Below, piece after piece: positions 24,828 to 30,712 of a stretch of DNA of 32,000 bases. Position 1 is the stretch's first letter. Each line of letters opens with the position of its first letter. Under the pieces are notes generated by a model, which was not told the DNA's origin, searched no databases, and worked only from the letters and a program-made list of their open reading frames with translations. Location: contig NZ_LN885086.1 of assembly GCF_001458695.1 (NCBI RefSeq), positions 1,410,001-1,442,000 of the forward strand, in the 5' to 3' direction. The position numbers and the translations under genes are program-made. Origin of the DNA: Candidatus Nitrospira inopinata (GTDB lineage: Bacteria > Nitrospirota > Nitrospiria > Nitrospirales > Nitrospiraceae).

Positions 24828-24847
24828 AGCACGCACGATTCGTGCCA
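24828..24847 (-). promoter_or_regulatory. sigma-54 (-24/-12) type promoter upstream of the S8 operon
   Basis: Minus strand reads CTGGCAC-GAATC-GTGC-GTGCT, that is TGGCAC-N5-(G)TGC. The GG and GC have canonical spacing, about 165 nt upstream of ATG 24669. A near-identical extended element lies at 25582-25601. Confidence 0.5.
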
Positions 24848-24973
24848 GTGATGGGTTGTGATGGTTTCCGCTGATCGTGTGTGTTTCTCCGAAACGTTGC
24901 TTCTTGGGGCGGTCGGTCAGCGTGTCCTCTCATCGCCCATTTGGTGTCAAAATGGGTGGACAGACTTTGTGAC

Positions 24974-25570
24974 TTATCTCGATTTCGCCAATCCCTCGTG
25001 CTTGAGCAATTCAGCCACGTTCTGCCCATTGACGAAGACATCGGCGACCACGCGATCGTACACGTCTCGGCCGCGCGGGATAAGCTGAATCGATCCAGCG
25101 CCCAGCAGATCCCTCAGCCGCTGTGTCGCCGCCCATCCATTCGGCTCGCTCAGTTCCGGTGCATCGATGCCGCGAAGCCTGATCCGTTCCGCTCCGATCC
25201 GGATCGTGTCGCCGTCGATGACGGTGATCTGGTGCGCGCTGATGAGTCCTGAATTGTGTCGGCGTTGAGAGTGGGGCAAGAACAGCGATGACGAGGGTTT
25301 CTTGTCGGGAGCAAGATGGTAGCCTTCCTTGGGAATGCGGCGTGGTCGGCTGTCCGGGGGGCGCCGAGGGCGACGAGGCTTGACGGTCGGCAGCCGGTTC
25401 GGATCTGTTTCCTTGAGGGAAGGAGTCCAACAGAGATCGCAGTTCATCGGAAGGTTGGAACCGAGGTCGGACTCTGGAAGGCGCTCGGCGTTTGCGCCTG
25501 TTCCCGAGGGAGCTGCTTCCAAGAGAGAAAGAACAAGAACCAGACAGGTGATCGTGCGGCGCGACGTCAT
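24974..25570 (-). CDS. secreted staphylococcal-nuclease-like (SNase/thermonuclease family) nuclease
   Basis: Signal peptide MTSRRTITCLVLVLSLLEAAPSGTGANA, a basic P/R-rich linker, then the SNase core VIDGDTIRIG..RIRLRGIDAPE...DRYGR-like DVYDRVVADVFVNGQNV. The ORF is open up to 25648, but the signal peptide begins at ATG 25570. Confidence 0.8.
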   Translation of the reverse strand: MTSRRTITCLVLVLSLLEAAPSGTGANAERLPESDLGSNLPMNCDLCWTPSLKETDPNRLPTVKPRRPRRPPDSRPRRIPKEGYHLAPDKKPSSSLFLPHSQRRHNSGLISAHQITVIDGDTIRIGAERIRLRGIDAPELSEPNGWAATQRLRDLLGAGSIQLIPRGRDVYDRVVADVFVNGQNVAELLKHEGLAKSR

Positions 25571-25581
25571 GACGCTGGAAG

Positions 25582-25601
25582 AGCACGCAGAGGATGTGCC
25601 A
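25582..25601 (-). promoter_or_regulatory. second sigma-54-type element, immediately upstream of the SNase gene
   Basis: Minus strand reads TGGCAC-ATCCT-CTGC-GTGCT. It shares TGGCAC-N6-TGCGTGCT with the element at 24828-24847. The -12 C lies 17 nt before ATG 25570, so the leader would be very short. Confidence 0.35.
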
Positions 25602-25612
25602 CGGCTCTTCGG

Positions 25613-25642
25613 TTGACAACGGTCAAAATCGCATGCTGCAAT
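25613..25642 (+). promoter_or_regulatory. candidate sigma-70 promoter for the 76-aa gene
   Basis: TTGACA (25613-25618), 18-nt spacer, TGCAAT (25637-25642), about 70 nt upstream of ATG 25713. Confidence 0.35.
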
Positions 25643-25712
25643 ATCCACGTTCGCGCAGGGCTTGCCGCGCGCCGGCTGATGCGCATGATGAGGATGAACG
25701 GAGGTTCAAGTC

Positions 25713-25943
25713 ATGGACATGATGGGACGAGTGGGATTGGTGGAGATTCCGGTTTTGATTGCTCCTGATCAGAAAGCCTGGATGGATCGTATGATTAAAG
25801 AAGGGAAGATCGCTATTCCCCCGGGCGGCACGTTGGAAAAGGGGTCGCTCTATTCAATGTTCATCCGCATGTTGCTCCACAATGCGATGGAAGAACAGAG
25901 GCGACAAGAGGCGTTGGAGCAAGCGGATGAGGATGAGGAGTAG
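25713..25943 (+). CDS. hypothetical 76-aa protein with an acidic C-terminal tail
   Basis: ATG 25713 is preceded by GGAGG (8-nt spacer). Divergent from the SNase gene. Ends ...EALEQADEDEE. No family recognised. Confidence 0.5.
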   Translation: MDMMGRVGLVEIPVLIAPDQKAWMDRMIKEGKIAIPPGGTLEKGSLYSMFIRMLLHNAMEEQRRQEALEQADEDEE

Positions 25944-26012
25944 ATGCGGAGGAAAAGCATGGGCCTGATATTCAACCGCTGACGGTCGTGAAGGTCTGTC
26001 GGCTGTATCCTC

Positions 26013-26033
26013 GAACCGTATCAGAACCGTATC
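26013..26033. repeat. tandem direct repeat GAACCGTATC x2 (11-bp period) within a GTATC-rich, AT-richer intergenic region
   Basis: GAACCGTATC at 26013-26022 and 26024-26033. Further GTATC at 26005-26009 and inverted GATAC at 26060-26064. Small palindromes TATCC-GATA-GGATA (26030-26043) and TATCT-CGAA-AGATA (26050-26063). Confidence 0.45.
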
Positions 26034-26086
26034 CGATAGGATATTTTGTTATCTCGAAAGATACAGAGAGAGGACAGAGAGAAGGG

Positions 26087-27373
26087 TTAGAGTTTCTTAA
26101 ACGCGGCGTGAGAGGCTTTGATCGTCTTTTCAATGTCCTGCCTGCTGTGTGCCGTGGAGAGGAAGGCGGCTTCGAACTGAGAGGGGGCGAGATAGATGCC
26201 CTGCTCCAGCATCGCATGAAAGAACCGTCCATACTGTTGAGTGTTTGATTGTTTTGCCGTATTCCAATCGACCACTGGTCCCGGCGTAAAGAACGTCGTG
26301 AGCATTGATCCAACCCGCGTTTGGGTCACGGCAATGCCCGCCTTTCGAGCCGCCTCGCCAATGCCCTTGGCCAGGGCCGCAGAATAGGCTTCCAACTGCT
26401 TGTAGACTCCGCGCGCTTTGAGCAATTTCAGTGTCGCCAAGCCGGCCGCCACTGCGAGGGGATTTCCGGAAAGAGTTCCTGCTTGGTACACCGGCCCTGA
26501 GGGTGCGATCAGATCCATAATCTCTTTCCGGCCCCCATAGGCCCCGACGGGCAAGCCGCCGCCGATGATTTTCCCCAGCACCGTCAGGTCGGGCTTGATC
26601 CCGTACAACGTTTGAGCCCCGCCATAGCACACGCGAAATCCGGAAATGACCTCGTCGAAGATGAGCAGGATGTCGTGGTCGAGCGTCAGTTGTCGCAATG
26701 CTTGCAAGAAGTCCGGAGCCGGCGGAACCACGCCCATGTTGCCGGCGATCGGTTCCAGAATGACGCAAGCCAGTTTGCTCCCATGGTCCTTGATGAGCCG
26801 TTGCACCGTGCGAAGATCGTTGTAGGGAGCCGTCAACGTGTGTTTGGTGAAATCTTCGGGGACACCGGGCGAGTCGGGGATACCCAAGGTCGCCAAACCG
26901 GAGCCGGCTTTCGCCAGCAGGTAATCACTGTGGCCGTGGTAGCAGCCTTCGAACTTCAGGATGCCGTCGCGTTTCGTGAAACCTCGGGCGGCGCGAATGG
27001 CGCTCATCACGGCTTCCGTTCCGGAACTGACGAGGCGGACCTTTTCCATGGAGGGAAACGCGGCGCGGATTTCTTTGGCCAGCTTGACCTCCCATTCCGT
27101 CGGCGCGCCGTAACTGGTTCCCAATTCCGCCGCTTTTTTGATTGCTTGCACCACCGCCTGGTGTGCATGGCCTACGATCATCGGTCCCCAGGAGAGGACG
27201 TAGTCGATGTAAACATTGCCATCGACGTCGTAGAGCTTCGACCCCTTTGCCCGCCTGATAAAGCGTGGCTGTCCTCCCACCGATCGAAAGGCCCTGACCG
27301 GGCTGTTCACTCCGCCGGGGATCAATTGCTGGGCTTCCGCAAACAGCCGGGATGATTTTGCGGTTCTCATCAT
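26087..27373 (-). CDS. hemL: glutamate-1-semialdehyde 2,1-aminomutase
   Basis: [58 protein letters not shown]. Starting at ATG 27373 gives 428 aa, the normal HemL size. The ORF-track extension to 27484 is unlikely. Confidence 0.92.
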   Translation of the reverse strand: MMRTAKSSRLFAEAQQLIPGGVNSPVRAFRSVGGQPRFIRRAKGSKLYDVDGNVYIDYVLSWGPMIVGHAHQAVVQAIKKAAELGTSYGAPTEWEVKLAKEIRAAFPSMEKVRLVSSGTEAVMSAIRAARGFTKRDGILKFEGCYHGHSDYLLAKAGSGLATLGIPDSPGVPEDFTKHTLTAPYNDLRTVQRLIKDHGSKLACVILEPIAGNMGVVPPAPDFLQALRQLTLDHDILLIFDEVISGFRVCYGGAQTLYGIKPDLTVLGKIIGGGLPVGAYGGRKEIMDLIAPSGPVYQAGTLSGNPLAVAAGLATLKLLKARGVYKQLEAYSAALAKGIGEAARKAGIAVTQTRVGSMLTTFFTPGPVVDWNTAKQSNTQQYGRFFHAMLEQGIYLAPSQFEAAFLSTAHSRQDIEKTIKASHAAFKKL

Positions 27374-27496
27374 GGGAGCGGACCCTACCACGCTGGCCGA
27401 GAGCCGGTCAAGAAAGACGGCAGACGCCCTCTCCTCGCCTGCCGTTTTCACGGGCTTAATTCTTGCTGTGTCTTTTCTCTGCAAGGAGATTCAGAC

Positions 27497-27703
27497 ATGC
27501 GAATCATCTGCGCCTGGTGTCTTCAAGAAGGAAAGATTGCGATGCTCGGCGAAAAGGTGCCGCTCGATGATCCGCGTGAAACCCATGGCATCTGCAAGGC
27601 CCATCGGCTTGCCGTGCAGGCCGAATGGAGAAAAAGCCTGCTTGTCCTAACCGACGGGAAGCGCAATCTGGCTCACCAGGCCTCTTCCCGAGGAGCATCG
27701 TAA
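27497..27703 (+). CDS. small hypothetical protein with a CxxC...HGICxxH motif (putative zinc ribbon)
   Basis: ATG 27497 is preceded by AAGGAG (8-nt spacer). MRIICAWCLQEGK...DPRETHGICKAH has four potential metal ligands. Confidence 0.55.
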   Translation: MRIICAWCLQEGKIAMLGEKVPLDDPRETHGICKAHRLAVQAEWRKSLLVLTDGKRNLAHQASSRGAS

Positions 27704-27876
27704 AGAGTTCCCCATCAAGAGTTCCGCACTCCTACCGCATCGGCTCTTTCCGTGGTTCAGCCTCTTCCTGGATGTCTTCGCGGCTGTTTGTTAGAATGGC
27801 AGGGCCTTGAATCATTTCGGTACGACAAGGGCGAGAAATACATGAGCGCAAGTTGTGTGCCGTCCGGTGAAGAGCA

Positions 27877-28467
27877 ATGATACCGCGCGAGAGGTCTGTC
27901 TCGAATAGACTCGGTACGCTTTTCATGCTGGCGGCTCTGTTCGGTCCATTCTTGCTCATGGACCAGGTCCAGGCTCAGATCGGTTTAGGCCAGGTCGGTT
28001 CTCTCAAACGCTCCCCCGCCGACATCGTCAAACGGTACGTGCGATTGGATCAGAAGGGCGCCCGTTTGGACGTCATGGGATTCGATGTCGTCTCTTCTTA
28101 TGTGAATTGGAAAGAAGAGCCGGCCTGGGATCGTGTGGTCCTGGTCCACGCGGTCGATGTGCCGGAGGACCATCGGAAGTGGGAGATTCTCGACAATCTG
28201 GACGTCATTATTCCGGTTACCTTTCGCGTGCGGGGAGAGGTCGATCTTCAGACGGCCACGTTCACTCCCGATAACCGGACAGAGGAGGTTCGTTTTCGCG
28301 TGAAGGCCGTGGGCAACAGTTGGCGCATTGTCGAGCCGAAGATGCCTCCCCACGTCGGGTTGACGAGAATGCTGAATTTTGTCCGGCAGGCCGGGTTCGA
28401 AACAACGGACGACGCCCAACGCCGCCTGCTGGCATCGCTCGAAAGCTCGTTGCGAGAGGGCCGGTAA
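27877..28467 (+). CDS. hypothetical secreted protein (196 aa)
   Basis: Signal-like N-terminus LGTLFMLAALFGPFLLMDQVQAQ. Balanced composition. The stop overlaps the gph start (TAATG). No family recognised. Confidence 0.6.
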   Translation: MIPRERSVSNRLGTLFMLAALFGPFLLMDQVQAQIGLGQVGSLKRSPADIVKRYVRLDQKGARLDVMGFDVVSSYVNWKEEPAWDRVVLVHAVDVPEDHRKWEILDNLDVIIPVTFRVRGEVDLQTATFTPDNRTEEVRFRVKAVGNSWRIVEPKMPPHVGLTRMLNFVRQAGFETTDDAQRRLLASLESSLREGR

Positions 28468-29114
28468 TGGGACGGGTCCCGGTGGATCTGCTGATTTTCG
28501 ATCTCGACGGCACGCTCATCGAATCCAAATGGGACATCGCCGAGTCCGTGAACTTTACCTTGGCTCAATTGGGCTTGCCGCAACGTCCGTTGGAAGAGAT
28601 TTTTGGGTACGTCGGCGACGGCGTGAAGAAGCTGCTTCGGTCGGCGGTGGGAGAGGGAAACCAGGGCCGGTTCGAGGAGGCGCTGCGGATCTTTCGCGGA
28701 TATTACCTGGAGCACTGTCTCGATCGGACGACCTTCTATCCGGGGATCGAGCCGATGCTGCGACACTTTGCGCACAAGCGGAAGGCGGTCGCCACCAACA
28801 AATCGATCGAATACACCAGGGTGATTATGAACGGTTTGGGGCCGGGGCATTTCACGTACATGGTCGGCGGAGACGATGGATTCGGACTGAAACCGGAGCC
28901 CGGCATGCTGTTGCACATCATGGAGAAACTGAGCGTCTCAAAAGACCGGACGGTGCTGGTGGGAGACAGCACCAACGACATCAACGGCGGGCACAACGCC
29001 GGCATCCGCGTCTGCGCCGTCGGGTATGGCATGGGCAACCGAGAAAAAATGGCGGCCTGCCAACCGGATTGGTTCGTCGAGCGGCCTGAAGAACTGATGG
29101 AGATTTTCGAATGA
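28467..29114 (+). CDS. gph: HAD-superfamily hydrolase, phosphoglycolate phosphatase-like
   Basis: Motif I LLIFDLDGTLIES, motif II ATNK and motif III VGDSTNDINGGHNAG. ATG 28467 overlaps the upstream stop. The ORF-track extension to 28320 is rejected. Confidence 0.8.
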   Translation: MGRVPVDLLIFDLDGTLIESKWDIAESVNFTLAQLGLPQRPLEEIFGYVGDGVKKLLRSAVGEGNQGRFEEALRIFRGYYLEHCLDRTTFYPGIEPMLRHFAHKRKAVATNKSIEYTRVIMNGLGPGHFTYMVGGDDGFGLKPEPGMLLHIMEKLSVSKDRTVLVGDSTNDINGGHNAGIRVCAVGYGMGNREKMAACQPDWFVERPEELMEIFE

Positions 29115-30712
29115 ATGCCACATTGAACCTGAGATCGATCAAGCGTCATGTCCACGGTCGAGCCGCCGCCTTGGCGATCGGCGTGGGACTGCTCTTGAGC
29201 CTGAATCAGACCATCGCGTTCGCGACGTCGCCGAATCTGGCCGAGCGCGTGATCGAACATCGGTTGGCCAACGGATTGACGGTGCTCATGGTCGAGCGCC
29301 ACCAGACGCCGATCGTGTCGATCAACATCACCTTCGCCGTCGGCGGCATTCACGAACAAGTCGGCCAGACGGGGATCGCCCATTTTTATGAGCACATGGC
29401 GTTCAAGGGGACGCGCACGATCGGGACGAAGGACTACGCCAAGGAGAAGCCGATTCTCGACGAGATCGCCCGCGTCGGCACCGAGCTGGAGCAACGCCAA
29501 CGCGACGCGGCGAGGCAAGTCGGCGGCGGGACGGCGGAAGAAGCGGCGGCCATCGAGTCGCTCAAAAAACGGTTCGATGAGCTGCAGGCGCAGGCCGCGC
29601 AATACGTGGTGGGCAATGAGCTGGCCTTGCTCTATCAGCGGCACGGAGGCGTGGGATTTAATGCGTCCACCGGAAAAGACCTCACCCGCTACACGATCAG
29701 CCTCCCGTCCAATCGTCTGCCGCTCTGGGCAGCCATCGAGTCCGATCGCATGGCCAATCCCGTTTTCCGCGAGTTTTATAAAGAGCGGGGCGTCGTGATG
29801 GAAGAGCGGCGGCTGCGGAACGAAGACAGTCCGACGGGCCTGCTGTTCGAAACGTTCACCTCGGCCGCCTTTCGAGCCCATGGGTACGGCGTACCGACCA
29901 TCGGCTGGGGATCGGACATTCTGTCGCTGACGCCGGCCGAGACGGAAGCCTTCTTCAAAACCCATTACGGTCCGAATCGGGCGACCATCGCGTTGGTGGG
30001 GGACATCAATCCGAAAGAAGTGATCGATCTGATCGAGAAAACTTTCGGGAAAATCCCCGCCGCTCCCCCGCTGACGCTCAAGATGCCGGTGGAGCCCGAG
30101 CAACGGGGAGAGCGGCGAGTGGAAGTGGAGTTTGACGCGGAACCGTCGATCGTCATCGGGTTTCACAAGCCCGGTTTGGGCCATCCCGATGAGCCGGTGT
30201 TCGACGTCATCGATGCCGTTCTCTCGGATGGGTTGACGTCCCGCCTGCACCGAAAACTGGTTCAGGAACGCCGACTGGCTGCGTCCGTCCATACGGACGC
30301 AAGCCATCCCGGCGTGCGCGATCCCAATCTCTTCATTGTCACGGCGACACCGCTGGCGCCTCGCACGACGGCGGAAGTGGAGGCCGCGATTTATGAAGAA
30401 TTGGATCGGTTGAAGCGCGAACCGGTCTCGTCCAAGGAGCTTGAGCGGGTGATCAATAATTTGGACGCCGACATGGTGCGCGCGCTCAGGTCCAACAGCG
30501 GGCTGGCATCCCAACTGGCGATGTATCAGGCGGTGGCCGGCGACTGGCGCTATATTCTCACGTCGCGCGACCGCGTGGCCGCGGTGACCGCCGCCGACAT
30601 CCAGCGGGTGGCGACCCAGTATTTCACCAAGTCGAACCGGACGGTGGGGGTGCTGGTCAAGAAAAACGGCGCGAAAATCGCGGCTGCTCAGGACGGGGAG
30701 GCGGCGCCATGA
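29111..30712 (+). CDS. M16 family zinc metallopeptidase (insulinase/pitrilysin-like), catalytic subunit, secreted
   Basis: Signal-like N-terminus. Inverted zinc motif HFYEHMAFKGT (HxxEH). M16 C-terminal domain. 533 aa. Confidence 0.85.
   Translation: MNATLNLRSIKRHVHGRAAALAIGVGLLLSLNQTIAFATSPNLAERVIEHRLANGLTVLMVERHQTPIVSINITFAVGGIHEQVGQTGIAHFYEHMAFKGTRTIGTKDYAKEKPILDEIARVGTELEQRQRDAARQVGGGTAEEAAAIESLKKRFDELQAQAAQYVVGNELALLYQRHGGVGFNASTGKDLTRYTISLPSNRLPLWAAIESDRMANPVFREFYKERGVVMEERRLRNEDSPTGLLFETFTSAAFRAHGYGVPTIGWGSDILSLTPAETEAFFKTHYGPNRATIALVGDINPKEVIDLIEKTFGKIPAAPPLTLKMPVEPEQRGERRVEVEFDAEPSIVIGFHKPGLGHPDEPVFDVIDAVLSDGLTSRLHRKLVQERRLAASVHTDASHPGVRDPNLFIVTATPLAPRTTAEVEAAIYEELDRLKREPVSSKELERVINNLDADMVRALRSNSGLASQLAMYQAVAGDWRYILTSRDRVAAVTAADIQRVATQYFTKSNRTVGVLVKKNGAKIAAAQDGEAAP

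Noticed and set aside
24757-25041. 94-aa minus-strand ORF between the SNase and I9-like genes
   Set aside because: It overlaps the SNase 3' end out of frame and spans the predicted sigma-54 promoter. It has no SD and an odd composition.
27789-27797. Extended -10 (TGTTAGAAT) as a promoter for the 196-aa gene
   Set aside because: It is plausible, but the -35 region (TGGATG) is poor and I have no other support. It is mentioned only in a finding and not listed as a feature.
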